From Microthyrium microscopicum (taxonomy: Eukaryota), in contig MU004240.1 of the NCBI GenBank assembly GCA_010405405.1, positions 758,316-822,315 of the forward strand: DNA of 64,000 nucleotides. The letters run 5' to 3'. Under the pieces are notes generated by a model. That model worked only from the letters and a program-made list of their open reading frames with translations, did not search any database and was not told the DNA's origin. The translations under genes were made by a program, and so were the position numbers. Shown in pieces: positions 24,872 to 40,100 of this stretch. Numbering within the stretch: position 1 is the stretch's first letter; each line of letters opens with the position of its first letter.

Positions 24872-25765
24872 TTCGACTGCCGAGAGTAGTAGGTATGGGC
24901 AAGATGGGTTTGCGGCTGCGCTGTGGCAATTTTTTGATAGATTTTTGAGTAGATACCCTTGAATATGGATTGTGGTTGTCTTGTATGAATTGGCGCTTAG
25001 TGCTGGGTTTGATCGAAAAGTTTAGTATAAGATTTGGTTGTTGTGGAGGTTTGAGTTGCTGTGTGAGTTGGTGATGTTGATGGAGTTGAGAAATGTAGAA
25101 GCTTGGACAAATTTGGGGTAAGATCCCTGCATTCGGCGCTTGGACTGTATCGTTGTTGCCAAGGCTAAATGGTTGGGCTTTTTGCTTTGCATCGTTCTTG
25201 TTGTATGATATGAGTCCATGATTCAGTCTGCCCACCGCTTCATTGCCGACATCAACTTCTCTCCTCTGCCCATAAAACTACCTGAAATCTGGTTATCACC
25301 CATTGCTTGTAGGCGGCTACAGCAAGCTTACTATTGAGCCAACTCCTTACTTCATTCGGGCTGCTGGTCTCATTTGCCCTCTGAGCCCTTCGTCACCACT
25401 CGTCGGTAAGATCTCCATGTTTGCATCCCCAGTCTTGTGTCAGATCATTATGCCTGAATTTCACCTCTTCCATGAACAAAAGTGCTGACTTGAAACCTTT
25501 ATCTAGTGGCTCATATAGTTCTACCGCTTGTATCCTCTTAATTCAGATCGCCGTCGCAAACCGCCAATTCTGGAGCTAGGCAACAGGTCAGCACAGCCTC
25601 CTTCAATCGTCGACTTCTTATTACACCTTGATCTTGTCCCGCATGGAATTGTCATAGTTGTGGTTCTTCACTTGTGTTTATAGACGACATTGATATTAGC
25701 ATTGGCGCATACCGACATTGGACCTCACTAGATACCTAGCGCCACCCCTACTCATCACCGGCATC

Positions 25766-28700
25766 ATGGCTGCCCCGCCCTTTAAAGTCAAGGCGACTTA
25801 TGACTACGCTTCCCCTCACGATGATGATTTGAGTTTTCCGGAAGGCCAAATTATAACTGTTACCGAGGAGGAGGATGCCGATTGGTATGTTGGTTCGTAT
25901 ACCGATGCTTCCGGGGCCCAACAGTCAGGTCTGTTCCCGAAAAACTTTGTAGAGCGATATGAGCCTGCCCCGCCTCCACGACCAACGCGAGCGTCGCGGC
26001 CCAAACCCGCGGAGCAACCTGCTCAACCGGAGCCAGATGTTGAAGATGTAGCTCCTCCAAGTCGACAGGTAGTCGAATCTCCGCCACCCCAACCGACTTC
26101 TCCTGTACTTTCAAAGGCTCCTATTCCTGCTTCTGCCCCGGCGCCGGCGCAAGTAGAGGCATCGTCTCCTCCTCCAGCTAGATCACAGCCTACGCCAGTA
26201 AAAGCGTCTAAACCGGCTCCTCCTGTGGTAGAAAAGCCATCGTCTTTCAAAGATCGCATTGCAGCCTTCAATAAATCTGCCGCTGCACCTCCAGCACCTT
26301 TCAAGCCCTCGGGTTTGGGATCGTCTGGCTTTATCAAGAAACCTTTTGTTCCTCCACCGCCATCTCGCGATGCATATGTTCCACCTGCGCAAACTGTTGC
26401 CCCACAAAAGATCTACCGTCGTGAGGAAGATCCGGAAATAGCCGAGAGACGTGCCCAGGATCAAGAAAATGCCGAGAGAGCAGGTCTTGCGCCTTCGGGT
26501 GAGCAGGAAGACGATGAAGAGGCTCCAAAACCAGTGAGCCTTAAGGAGAGAATTGCTTTACTTCAGAAGCAGCAAATGGAACAAGCTGGTCGCCGAAATG
26601 ACACGGCTGCTAAAGAAAAACCGAAGAAACCTGCGAAGAAACGCGAACCTGTTGACGAGGATGATAACTCTAGTCAGCAACCTGAGGCACCTCCACGAGC
26701 GTCGGGCGAGCATTCTATTGCTGGGGAGGATGCATCACAACGCGCCCCTCGTCCACCTAAGCCGCCAGCGGAGACCATCGTTAGTGATGGCAACGAAGCT
26801 GATCATTCTGCAGCAGGCGAAACCACTGAACAAGAAGGCGGATCCACTGGTGTAGAAGATGAGGAACATACTGCACACCATGAGGAACCTGCGGCTGCAG
26901 AAGAGGAGGAAGAAGGCTCTACCGAAGAAGAAGATATGGACGATGAAGCCAGACGTCAATTAGCTATTCGCGAGAGAATGGCAAAACTTAGCGGAGGCAT
27001 GGGAATGCCAGGCATGTTCGGTCCACCTGGTGGTTTGCCTATGATGGGAATGGCATCTCAACCAAAAAAGAAGAAACCTCAGGAGCAACGGGTTGAAGAG
27101 TCACAAGAGGAGTATACTCAAGCTGCTCCTCCTAGAATTCCTGTGCTGCCGATGCCAGAACTTCAGCGAAATCTCTCATCAGAATCAACTGAGGATCAGC
27201 GGACTCCAAGGGAAGAGTCTCAATTCAGCGCGCCTGCCCCTCCGCCGAGAAGCAATACAGGAGGTGAGTAATTTCAGGCCATAGAAATTCTCTAAGCTAA
27301 CAAGTTCTCAGCTCAACAGCGTGTACCGGCTTCTATTGAGTCACCAAGCTCAGGATCGGAATCAGATGATGAGCTTCCTGGAACTTCTCAAGCTCAAGCT
27401 ACACCAATAGCGGCTTCAAGTCCGCAAGTTCCTCAGATGCCTATTCTACCTAAACATGAATCAACTTCTCGCCGGCCGCCAGCTCCGCCAAATCACGCGT
27501 ACGATAGCTCTCCAGGCTTGCCTCCTCAAGCACTACACGAAAAGCGCATGAGTAGAGGGTCTATCGTGACATCGGAACAAAGTAACCAAGCCTACGAAAG
27601 ACCAGAGCCTCCTCTACCACCTACAATGTCGCCGACCCAACAACATTCTGAATTTCTTCATCGCCAAACACGAGCTGGAGGTGAAGGTGAGAGCGAATAT
27701 GAAGGAGACTACGATACTGACATTGCATCTGGAGCTAAACATAAGGAAGCTTTGAAAGCACACGCACGAGAGCCAAGCCTCGATGATAGCACAATCGCCG
27801 ATGAACCTCGATCTCCGCCTCCAGTCCCATCATCACCACCGACAAGTAGAGCACCAGCTCATCGACCTGTTCCACCGCCACCGCCTGCTGTTCAAACATC
27901 GATTCCGAGGACATCGATAGATAGCCCTCGAGCTGCTCCTCCTCCAGTGCCACCCCGCGATTTGCCGTCCCCGGGAGAAGACGACGATTATGATCCATAC
28001 CGATACGTTCCAGGTGGTCCGACCCTAGGAGTACCTAGCCCCGGTTATACATCACCTATCTCTAGTTCTGGTCCTCCGCCCCTACCCAAAGTTGCAGCTC
28101 CACCTCCTCTTCCTTTTGCAGCGGCTCCACCGCCTATTCCATCCGCAGGACCTCCACCCCCTGTTCCATCTGGAGCTCCTCCACCTCCACTACCAGCTTC
28201 AGGGCCTCCTCCTCCAGTTCCGCAACGCAACGTTGAACCCGAGGAAAGTAGCGAAGAGGAATATGATTACGAAGAAGAGCAACCACGTAGCAGAATACCG
28301 GAGGGTCATCCCTCTCTTCCACCACCTCCACCACCTCCAACTGCTCCGCAAACGAGACCTGCGCCACCACCACCTACTACCCAGCCAGAACCATCTGTCC
28401 CAAGATCAGCTCGATCATCAGCCGAGACCAACCGTGATCAGCCTGTCCGAAGATCTACGGACCAGCATCGAATGGCTACAAATCACGAGTACATTGCATC
28501 AGAGCTGAATCTCAATGAGGAGAGTGGTTGGTGGAGTCAAGCAAACACGCTTCCTCCAGTCCTCCAGGGTCGAAAGGATATTCAGTTTGAAGTCGAAGAA
28601 TCGACAACTACCAAGCGGGGAGGAAAGGCAATCACCAACAAAGACGTATATGTTCTGTTCCAGGACTACTCCCAAACCGTCATAACAGCTCGATATGACC

Positions 28701-29266
28701 CCAAGAACCCATCTGATGTCGTCCTCGAGCAAAGACACGAAGCACCACCACAAAAACTTCGACAAGACCAACTAGAAGACGCACACACTCAGTTTGGTAA
28801 AGTCATAGCTGAAGCGATCACCGCCAAACAAAACTCTGTTGTTGGTGACGGTACACCACAAGGCCTCATCCTCGACCTTCTGCAACCCCTCCCTGGCGCC
28901 CTCTACCCCGTCGGCACGCGCGCATATGGTGCTCTCGTCTACGCCAATCTCGCCAACGCCACTGTCCAGCAGTATGATGAAATCCGCGCTGGTGATATCG
29001 TTAGCTTTCGCAATGCCAAGTTCCAAGGCAAGCACGGCGGCGTGATGCATCAAAAGTACCAATTAGAAGCTGGCGCGCCAGATCATGTGGGTGTAGTCGT
29101 TGAGTGGGACGGTACCAAGAAGAAGATTCGTGCTGCTGAGCAGGGACGCGAGAGCAAGAAGTGTAAGGTGGAAAGCTTTAGGTTGGGTGATCTACGGAGT
29201 GGTGAGGTACGGGTTTGGCGGGTCATGTCGAGAGCTTGGGTGGGATGGGATGGAAATAGTGCGTAG
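25766..29266 (+). CDS. BBC1: SH3-domain, proline-rich myosin-tail-interacting protein (Bbc1/Mti1-like)
   Basis: N-terminal SH3 (ATYDYASPHDDDLSF...GLFPKNFV), repeated FKDRIAAF/LKERIALL motifs, RERMAKLSGG and conserved C-terminal domain (DLRSGEVRVWRVMSR.WVGW). Intron about 27263-27311. Confidence 0.85.
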
Positions 29267-30074
29267 GGTCGTTTTTCATTGTTTGCTTTGTTAATCGTGT
29301 AGATACTGCAATTATATGGATTGGCTGGCTTGTGGCTTCTTTTCTACTTTTGTCATGATGCTCTCTCTCCTTGACTTCAAAGCGGTTAGGCGGCTTATTG
29401 CTTCTTAAAGCCGATGTTCTACCTAGGTATGTACACTGACGTTATAAAAAGCTACATGAATACCCATAAACTGTCTTATATGCAGTGATTCTAGCGACAG
29501 GCTCCAGTCAAACACACGATCTGTCCCTGTTTAAAAGGCGGTTCACTTCTGCTTTTGTGTTAAATACTGTATGACTGCGGTGAGCTTTCGTGGTCTCTCT
29601 TTCTGGGTTCAAAAAGAGAAGGCGCTCATCAGCACTTTTTACTGCCTTCTTCAGACACCAGTATGTACATTGTAGGCACTGCTTAGGCAGTCGCATATTC
29701 CCAATACGGCAAGGCCTACCGGTAAAATGAGGGGCGCCACTGCCCTTCTGCAGGGGCGGGGTAAGTCCAAGCCACGTGCCCATTGGGTGACCTCAAATCC
29801 TACACCTCAGCTCCTCTTCTCGAGAAAACCCTGCAACTTCATCAACCACACTACTTTTTCTACACATTTTTGTGCCGATACAGGTTGTGTGATTTTCCTT
29901 CCTTATCGCATCCACCGTGATAATACATTGCGCTTAGCTTGTCTACGCCTCTGTTTATTGTTGGACGCACAACGTCCAGTCCCAACCCCTTACACTTTTG
30001 TCACTTCTTGCTTCTGCTCGTCGTGTCACTCCCTACTCCTCGCTCGTTGCCTTGATTGCGTTATCATCTCCATC

Positions 30075-32849
30075 ATGACGAGAACCAAAGCCAAAAAGGC
30101 TCGGGATCAAGCCCAGATCGGTAAGGCCGGTCCTGGTGGTAAGACTGCTAAGACCGGTCCTAAACCATCTGGGCCGCTTGGTCAAGGTAAAAAGAAGAAA
30201 CAACCTCCTCAGCCAGGCAATGCTGCGAACCCTCTTTCCAATGTCCATGCGCTGCCTAAGAAGCCCGCAAATCCAAACCAGAATAACCAACCCAAAAAAT
30301 CCAAGGCCCAAAAGAAGATTGACCGCGCGGCGCGATTAGCTGGCCAACGCTCGACGCAGCAAGCTGGCGCACCTCATGTACCGCAGATGAGTTTGCCAAC
30401 AGGCCCTCCAACGTCCTTCCAGGGCGTCTCAGGCCCTACTGGTCAGTCCGGCTATCCATCTGCAGGCGTAGGCATATCCAGTGGTCCACCTGGAGGTACT
30501 GCGGCCAATGTTGCCCCTGGCCAACCGGCCTTTACCTTCACAAATGCGCCAAATAGCCAGCCTAGCTTTAGAGGTTTGAATGCTCTAGCAGGCCCGCCCG
30601 GCCATCTAGGTTTCGGCTCCGGGAGTGCTCCAAATGGTCCACCACCTGGACTGCCCACTCGTCCGGCTGCAGGTCGATCGGCGTTTCCGGGAGGGAGATA
30701 CAACGACGGTGGTAGAAACACCAAAGATAATCGTGATCGATATGTCGCGAGCGAGGACCGCTACTCGAGTCGTGATCGATACAATGGCGACGGTGACCGA
30801 TACGCTCCTAGCGATAGTCGATATGCCTCGAGAGGTGGCTATGGCGAACGCGAACGCGATCGATATGACAATAGTCACGATCGCTACACTGACAATGGTG
30901 ATCGGCATGCCAGTGCTCATGGCGCTGATACCTATCGACCTGCGTACGGTTCCAACCTCCCTCCGCGACCTTCCGATCAAGCGTTTAGTTTCACGTTCAA
31001 AGGAGCCGCGGATGTCAAAGTCCCCGATTTCTCCTCAGCGCCTAGAGGGCCACGTGCTGAACGCGGTAATGGATTGCGTCGTAATAATCGCCCAAATAAC
31101 AAGGGGCCTAAATTCCCCGCACCTCACAGCCGGGCAATTTTCCAAGCTATGAACAATCGCGAAACTACACCGGAACGCCTCTCTGGCATGGCCGAAGGAG
31201 CAGTTCGATTCATACCAAAGGATGAACTTGATCAACCTGACTCGGATGCCCTTGATCATGATGCCAAACGGCGAAAGCTGGGCAATGATGCGGATGAGCG
31301 ACCTAAATGGTCCAATCCTGACCCTTACACGGCATTACCTCCCACCTTTGACCCTCAGGCGAAACGAACAGATGTTGTTCAGCTAATTCGCCAGGCTAAG
31401 GTTATGGTTGAAAATGCCGAAGCATCAGCCAATGCCCTCGCTGATAATGCTGACTTTGTTGCTTTTGACTTTGATGATGATGACGGTCCCTCTACAGATA
31501 CTCGTATAGGTTACGAAAACCTCCCAGCAGCTCAGCCCTTCGCCATAAATAGCTACCCTCCACCACAGCAGTCTGCAGATATATCCCGGGCTCCTGATGG
31601 TCCAGCTTCCAGTAGACCCAAAAAGTCCAGACCCGACAAGCGTAAACGACAAGCTGACGGTGATATTATACCGAGTTGGCTTAGCTCTGGGGAACTTGCA
31701 ACGCCATGGAAGCGAGAAGGAGGTTATGCGACAGACATGGATGACATATCTTGGGGGTGAGTCTGCCGACAACCCTTTTATGCACCTTGACTAACAAATA
31801 TAGACTTCACTGCGAGATACGAGATTACTTCGACTATGTAGAGCCTCGAGATTTTGAAGACCGTGTCCGTCAGCATCTGGTTACACGAGTCTCTCGTGCT
31901 CTTTGCCATGATGAATTTTCTTCTTTGAAAGTATTTGGCTCGTTTGCGTCTGGCCTATATCTTCCCACCGCAGACATGGATCTAGTACTCCTTTCACACC
32001 GCTTCGAAAGCACCGGCAATCCAATGATGCTCAACTACAGCCTCATGGCTCGTTGTCTCAATCATCTCAGACGCGCCGGTCTTGTTTCCGAAGCAACACG
32101 CCCTGAAGTCATTACCAAAGCTAAAGTGCCAATTATCAAGTTCTGTGATGCGGATGCAAACCTGAAGGTGGATATTTCTTTTGACAACTTATCAGGCGTG
32201 ACTGCAAATCAGACCTATGCCAAATGGAAGGCGGATTACCCGGATTTGAAGTATTTGCTGGCTGTCGTCAAGCAGTTCTTGGCTATGAGAGAACTAAATG
32301 AAGTGTTTAGTGGTGGTATAGGTGGCTTTTCGATTACCTGCTTTGTTGTCAGTTTTCTTCAACATCGCCCTCCAGGACCACCGCAGAATCTAGGACAGCT
32401 ACTATTGGACTTTTTCGACTTTTGGGGCAACAACTTCGATATGGCAACCACGGGTGTTTCGGTGAATCCACCCAAACATTTTGAAAAGCCAAAATCTCAG
32501 CCAGTAAGTCGGATTCTGATATGCGATCCCAATCATCTAACTTTTAAAGGGAACCCGAAAGCCACTCATTCGCGAGAAATGGTATCTTGTAGATCCCAAC
32601 GACCACATGAACGATCTTACCGGTGGAACAAAAAAGGCACCTCTGATCCAGAAGTGCTTCTCTGATGCCGCTGCATCACTTAAGCGGTCATTGCTCTTCT
32701 TGAAGGGCGCTCCAAATGCTAACATCAAGGCGCGCCACAGCATTTTGTCCTGCATTATCGGCGGCAACTACAACACATTCGACATTCAGCGAAAGACCAT
32801 GTTCGATGTTGATGCTCAATACGCGGATGTATCGCGTCAGCGCTACTAA
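30075..32849 (+). CDS. TRF4: Non-canonical poly(A) polymerase of the TRAMP type (Trf4/Cid14)
   Basis: Motifs FGSFASGLYLPTADMDLV, AKVPIIKF, VDISF, RELNEVFSGGIGGFS and DPNDHMNDLTGGT; long disordered N-terminus; two introns. Confidence 0.9.
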
Positions 32850-34118
32850 GTTCTCAAACTCACTCCACGATTCCCATTTCCCTGCTCGATGGCCCTCACT
32901 AGCTCTCAAAGTCTAGTGACAGATATTTTTGGGCCTCACCACATCCACCATTCATCAACATGCCTATCAGCTAGTACATTTAATGTTCTAACCTGTGTAT
33001 TATACAAGGCCTCCTCGACAATTACGAGAAGACCAGGAGCACTTCGCCTTTCTACCATATTGCAGCAAGGCGTTGGTGGCTCATTTGTGCGTCAAAATAA
33101 TGATTAAACCGAACCGACCTTTCCACCTTGGAAAGGCATTGTAAATTATGTATCACTTGATACGACTAACTGCAGCAGACACGAAACGACTTCGTGACGA
33201 TAGATCAATTTCAACTAGCCACCACTGGCATCATTCTTTTCTTCTTCTCCTTCTTTTCTTCTCACATTCTTTTTGGTTTTCTTCTGTGGCGATCACAGGA
33301 GCCTTCTTTTGGGTACTAATCTTGGTGTAGATGAACAAGTCTGTCGGCTTAGCACTTCTCCTTCAATCTTTACTGATAGTTGGCTGATTTTGCTGTCGTT
33401 GGGCGAGCCTCGCAATTCATTTCGAGCTTTGTGCTTGATTTGATGGTGTTGCTCATTCCCTTTCTCTCATTCTGTTTCTCGCTTTATGTGGGAGCAGGAG
33501 GAGGGTTTTGTGACGTTTGGCTTGTTGGGAGGGCTTTGTAACTTGACCATCACATGCCGTCGTCTTGTTAGGTCTTGCTTCACCGCGTAGTAACTGGCTG
33601 TCAAAAGTGAGGATTAGGCAGGATCAACTCTGTCAGGTTGCTTATTCTTCTTCAATACATATCTTATCAAGCTCAAACATGGCGTGTGATCTTACTAGTA
33701 GCTTAAATTCTAATATTTCAGCAATCCTTTTCGCTTCACGACGTACCTTTATAGGCTTTATCTGACTTTATGTCGCATCGCAAGGCGCGCGTAAAGAATT
33801 ATAGGCAATAAACGCGCGTATGGACCCAAACCTGGGCAAAAAAGGCCCCGTGCTCACCTCCCGCAGCAGCTGGCTGCACGTCCCCCTCAAAGTGCACAAC
33901 CACCAGAACAGTTCCGCTGCAAAGTCACTTCAAACGCAAGTCCAAAAGTCTTGCTTTCACCTTTTTCAAAGACCTATTTGCCCGAGCGATCTAAATTCTT
34001 AGAACAGCTGCAACTCCTATGGCAGCCTCCCACTCTTACCACGTCGCTAACCACACCACCTTCGTTGCCGCATAGTCGATACCTTTCAACAGCTCATGTG
34101 CCTACCCACGCCAACAAT

Positions 34119-37100
34119 ATGGCGTCGAGTTCCAAAGATGTTATTGAACGCATATTCCAGGAGCTAAAAGCCAAGTACAAACCACCGACAGACACAGTTC
34201 TATGTGGATCAAAATGCTAATGGTGTTCTAGAAATGAAGATGTTCGACGGAAAGCCGCGCATGCGTTGCGCCAGACCCTCGACTCTGCCTATCGAGGTAA
34301 TGCTTTCACACTCGCACGGCATTGACCGAATCTAACCATCCACAGAACTCTCGACAGCTCAATTCAACCTCATATACGCAGACATCATACAACGCATCTC
34401 CCAGCTTGTCGTACACGGAAGCGACTCGAACGAACGAATCGGCGGAATATATGCTCTCGATAGCTTGATTGATTTCAAAGGCGACGATGCAGGCCAAAAG
34501 ACGACTCGGTTCGCCTCGTACCTTAGAGCGGTAATGCGGGGCAACGATACGGCGGCCATGATTAGCGCTGCGAAATCCCTCGGACGCCTTGTCTCGCTTG
34601 GTGGCACAATTACAGCTGAGCTCGTTGAGGCAGAGGTCAAGACAGCGCTGGAACACCTTCAGACTGAACGGCAGGAGAATCGGAGGTTTGCAGCGGCTCT
34701 TACTCTCAAGGAGCTTGCTCGTAGCTCTCCGACTCTGCTTTTCGGCTGGGTTTCTCAGATCCTTGAGGTTATCTGGATAGCACTCCGAGATCCCAAGATT
34801 ATGATTCGCGAGGCTGGATCCGACGCTGTTAGTGCCTGCATCGAGATTATGTCGACTCGCGATTCGGACGTCCGACAGAAATGGATGGGTTACATCTACA
34901 AGGAATCCATGAAAGGCGCTCAACAACCCCAATCCGAGGTTATCCATGGCTCTCTTCTTGCTCTCGAGCAACTTCTCATTAAGGGTGGGATGTACATGCA
35001 GGGAGCACGATATCGAGAGACCTGCGAGCTTGTCCTTCAATACAAAGACCACCGCGATTCCTTGATCCGTCGAGAAGTCGTAAACATGATCCCCATCCTC
35101 GCCGCCTACACCCCACCCGAGTTCACCGGGAACTACTTGCATCAATGTATGCTTCACTTACAAGGCTTGTTGAAGCGCGACAAAGAACGAAATATGGCAT
35201 TCGTAGCCGTCGGCAAAGTTGCAAGCGCTGTAGGAAGCTCAATTGCCCCCTATCTTGAAAGCATTCTCAGCTATATCAAAGAGGGGTTGGCGATGAAAGC
35301 TCGAAACAGAAACGTTCAAGAAGCACCCATATTCGAATGCCTCAGCATGATATCCATAGCAGTGGGGCAAGCCCTTAGCAAGCACATGCTCTCTCTATTG
35401 GATCCCGTCTTCGCTTGCGGCCTGAGTGATAGTCTTACACAGGCTCTTGTCGATATGGCACATTATATACCACCCGCGAAGCCAATAATACAGGAGAAGC
35501 TCCTTGATCTTCTCAGTCAAGTGCTCAGTGGACGACCGTTCATGCCACTTGGAAGCCCATACCACAGCAACTCCGTGCCTCAAATATGGACACGGGATCA
35601 CAAAGATCCAACTATCATTGAAGCGAAAGAGAACGAGATCGCTCTAGCTCTGCACACGTTGGGCAGCTTTGACTTTTCAGGCCACGTTCTCAACGAATTT
35701 GTCCGCGATGTCACCCTTAGATATGTTGACGCCGACAATCCGTTGATCCGCAAGGCCGCTGCATTAACATGCTGTCAACTCTTCGTCCGAGACCCAATTG
35801 TCTTCCAGGTTAGTACCCATGCTGTACAAGTGGTCGGAGACGTCATCAAGAAGCTTCTCGAAGTCGGCGTTGGAGATGTGGAACCAGAGATCCGAGAAAC
35901 GGTTCTCATTTCCTTGGATTCACGATTCGACCGCCATCTAGGAAAAGCTCGCAACGTTCGGACATTATTCTTGGCTCTCAACGATGAAGTATACTCTATT
36001 CGAGAAGCGGCAATCACCATTATCGGCCGCCTTACTTCTGTCAATCCTGCATATGTCTTTCCTTCTCTGCGCAAGGTGTTGGTCCAGCTGCTCACAGATA
36101 TTGAGTATGCAAATACCATTCGAGCCAAAGAGGAGAGCGCTAGATTGATTAGTCGCCTTGTTCGAGCTTCATCGAAACTTATACGCCCATATGTGCAACC
36201 TATCGTCCAGGTGCTCATGCCCAAAGCTCGGGATCCTCATCCAGAGTTGGCATCAACCACTCTCGAGGCCATTGGCAATCTTGCTGAAATGGGCGGAGAG
36301 GACATGGCGGAGTTCATTCCACAACTCATGAAGATCTTAATCGAGAATCTACAAGATCTCAGCTCAGATGCCAAACGAACCGCAGCCCTTAGAACCTTGG
36401 GGCAACTCGCCCTAAGTTGCGGTTATGTTATCGATCCCTACAAGGAGTATCCTGAGCTTCTCATGATATTGAAGAACATCATCAAGACTGAACCTCCCGG
36501 TCAACTGCGGAAAGAAGCCGTGAAGCTCATCGGAGTGCTCGGGGCCATTGATCCTGACGAGCAAGAGAAGCTTACCGAAAAGTCCCCAGAGAACAGTTCT
36601 GGAGCCGACGCCCAAGCTGTAACGGACATTTCTCTCATTATCAGCGGGATCACGCCTAGTAACGATGAATACTACCCCACTGTGGTCATTAATACTCTCA
36701 TTGGCCTCCTGAGAGACTCTTCTTTGACTCAATATCACACCCAGGTTATCGATGCTATCATGAACATCTACCAAACTATGGGCCTGAAGTGCGTCAGCTT
36801 CTTAAATCAAGTTGTTCCAGCATTCATATCTGTGATCAAAACTACTGGTAGTGCTAGTGCAGAAGGATATTTCAACAATCTCAGTCAATTGGTTAAGATA
36901 GTTCGTCAACACATCCGTCCATACCTACATCCCGTCATCGAGACTATCAAGGAGTTCTGGAATAAGGATCCCAAGCTTCACAGCACGATGCTATCGTTGA
37001 TCGAGTCGATCTCTCGAGCCCTGGAAGGCGAGTTCAAAGTATATCTTGCAGGACTACTTCCACTCATGCTTGGTGTGCTTGACAACGATACACATCAGAT

Positions 37101-40100
37101 GCGCATCCCCTCACAACGAGTTATTCATGCTTTCCTAGTGTTTGGCGCGAGTGCAGAAGAATTCATGCATCTTATTGTACCAGCCATGGTCAGAATGTTC
37201 GACAAGCCTGGACAGCCTACGGCAATTCGGAAATTATGCATAGAAACCATAGGACGGTTGTCTAGACGTGTGAATATTTCCGAATTTGCTTCCAAGGTTA
37301 TTCACCCTCTTGGACGAGTCCTTGCTGGGAACGACAATAGCCTAAAGCAGACCGCTTTGGATACTCTCAGTGCCTTGATCTTCCAGCTGGGCGAAGACTA
37401 CATCCACTTCATTCCAACTATCAACAAAATCTTGGTTGCAAACAAAGTGCCTCATAGCAACTATGCTTTGATTGTGTCCAAACTACAAAAAGGAGAACCG
37501 TTGCCTCAAGATCTCAGCCCGGATAAGCACTATGGCGAGTACGACGATGACAACATGATTCCTGATGTGCAGTCAAAGAAGTTGGCTGTCAATCAACAAC
37601 ATCTTAAAAGTGCTTGGACTGCATCGCAAAAGTCCACTCGGGATGATTGGGTGGAGTGGATGAGACGGTTTAGCGTTGAACTTCTTCGCGAGTCACCACA
37701 ACAAGCACTTCGAGCATGTACTGGCCTGGCTACCGTCTACTACCCAATTGCTCGAACTCTCTTCAATTCTGCCTTTGCGTCTTGCTGGACCGAGCTCTAC
37801 GATAGATTCCAAGAAGAACTCATCCGTGCGATTGAGACTGCTCTGACCTCTGCGGATATCCCTCCGGAGATCTTACAAATGCTACTCAACTTGCTAGAGT
37901 TTATGGAACGTAACGATACCAATCTGCCCATCGACGTTAGAACCGTCGGCATGTACGCAGCCAAGTGCCATGCCTACGCCAAAGCCCTCCATTACAAGGA
38001 AATTGAGTTCAACTCACACCAAAACCCTAGTGCGGTTGAGGCATTGATTAAGATCAATAACCATCTACAACAATACGACGCTTCACTTGGTATCCTCCGA
38101 AAAGCTCAAGGCTACAACGATGTAGAGATGAAGGAGAAGTGGTACGAGAGCTTGTTCCGCTGGGACGAAGCGCTTGACGCTTACAGTAAACGCGAGTTGG
38201 AAGGTGGCGCGACGTTTGAGACAACATTTGGTAAAATGAGATGTTTGCACGCTCTCGGAGAATGGGACGTGCTGTCCAATCTAGCGCAGGACAAGTGGCG
38301 ACAAGCGAACAATGAGAACCGAAAGCTCATCGCTCCACTCGCGGCGGCGGCGGCATGGGGCTTGGGCCAGTGGGAATTGATGGACACTTACCTGTCCGTC
38401 ATGAAGAATTCTTCTCCAGATCGGGCCTTCTTTGGTGCTGTCTTGTCTATTCATCGGAATCAATTCGACGACGCACATATGCAAATCGACCGAGCCCGCA
38501 GCATGCTCGAAACGGAACTGGCTGCTCTCCTTGGAGAGTCCTACGATAGGGCGTACTTCCAGATCCTTAGAGTTCAGATGCTTGCAGAGCTTGAGGAGAT
38601 CATAATCTACAAGCACAATCACGACGATCCTGAGAGACTAGCTTCGATGCGCCATACTTGGATGAAACGTCTAAAGGGCTGTCAAGCGAATCCTGAAGTC
38701 TGGTCTCGTATGCTCAAAATTCGCGCCTTGGTCATCTCGCCCAAAGATAACGTGGAGATGTGGATAAAGTTTGCTAACCTTTGTCGCAAAAATCAGCGTA
38801 TGAGCCTAGCAGAAAAGGGCCTCAATTCTTTCTATGACACTAATGCTCCTGTCAGCGAGATCATCAAGACAGACGATATCTACTCGGTTTCTTATCCTGT
38901 GGCGTATGCAACCTTCAAATATGTCTGGTCTGCTGGTGAGCACGATAACGCCTTAACTGCGCTCAAATCTTTTAGCCAGAAGGTAGCAGACAACCTTCAA
39001 TTACGCCAACGCGAGCTCAGTTCTCGTCCTCGAGATCAGCAAGTCAACGGCACCTCGATTATGGACGCTAGAAATGAGTTTGTAGACCCTCCAATTCATA
39101 TAGCCATGTCCCCCGAACAGAAACAGATGGCAGAAGACTCCAAACTTCTTGCCAAATGTTACCTCAAGCAGGGAGAGTGGCAGGCAACGATCAACGACGG
39201 CGAGTGGGGCCCGGATACTGTCCAGGACATACTTGCAGCGTATAGCGCTGCCACCAAATACCATAAAGAGTGGTATAAAGCCTGGCATGCCTGGGCACTG
39301 GCAAACTTTGAAGTGGTCAACTCTTTTGCTTCAACTGGAGATCGACCGCAGACTGACTTGCCTGCGAACGTGATCTACGCTCACGTTGTTCCGGCAATTG
39401 AAGGTTTCTTCAAGTCGATTTCGCTGTGTTCGACAACGTCTTTGCAGGATACTCTTCGTCTTCTTACCTTATGGTTCGCACATGGTATCCATCCGGAGGT
39501 GAATACTGCCATCACCGATGGAATAAGCACTGTCAACGTTGACACATGGCTCGATGTCATACCACAACTATTGGCACGAATAAATCAACCCACTGCTCGA
39601 GTTCGGGCTTCAATCCATAAACTCATCAACGAGATTGGGCGTGCTCATCCTCAGGCCATGGTATTCCCGTTAACTGTGGCCATGAAGTCCAATACTTCAG
39701 GACGCCTGCGCTCAGCAGTTCAGCTGATGGACGCCATGAGACAACATTCACCAGTCCTCGTTGAGCAGGCGGACCTCGTTAGCCACGAATTGATCCGTAT
39801 CGCTGTTTTATGGCATGAGCTCTGGCACGAAGGCTTGGAAGAGGCTAGCAGATTGTATTACATCTCCCCCAAATCTAACATTGAATTATGCTAATCTAGA
39901 TTCCAGGTACTTTGGAGATCAAAATGTGCAAGGCATGTTCGACACCTTGACTCCTCTACACGAAATGCTTGACAAGGTATGTCAACACTAGAAGCCGTTT
40001 GGCTCAGACACTAACCTCTGCTCAGGGACCTGAAACACTTAGAGAAATCTCCTTTATTCATTCCTTTGGCCGAGAAATCAAAGAGGCACGCGATTGGTGC

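Noticed and set aside
28060..28390. CCA/CCT-rich repetitive DNA
   Set aside because: Simply encodes the polyproline tracts of Bbc1.
29727..30074. In-frame N-terminal extension of TRF4
   Set aside because: Pyrimidine-rich, promoter/UTR-like sequence; ATG 30075 has the better context.
34306..35157. 283-aa minus-strand ORF
   Set aside because: Antisense to TOR coding sequence, with no motifs.
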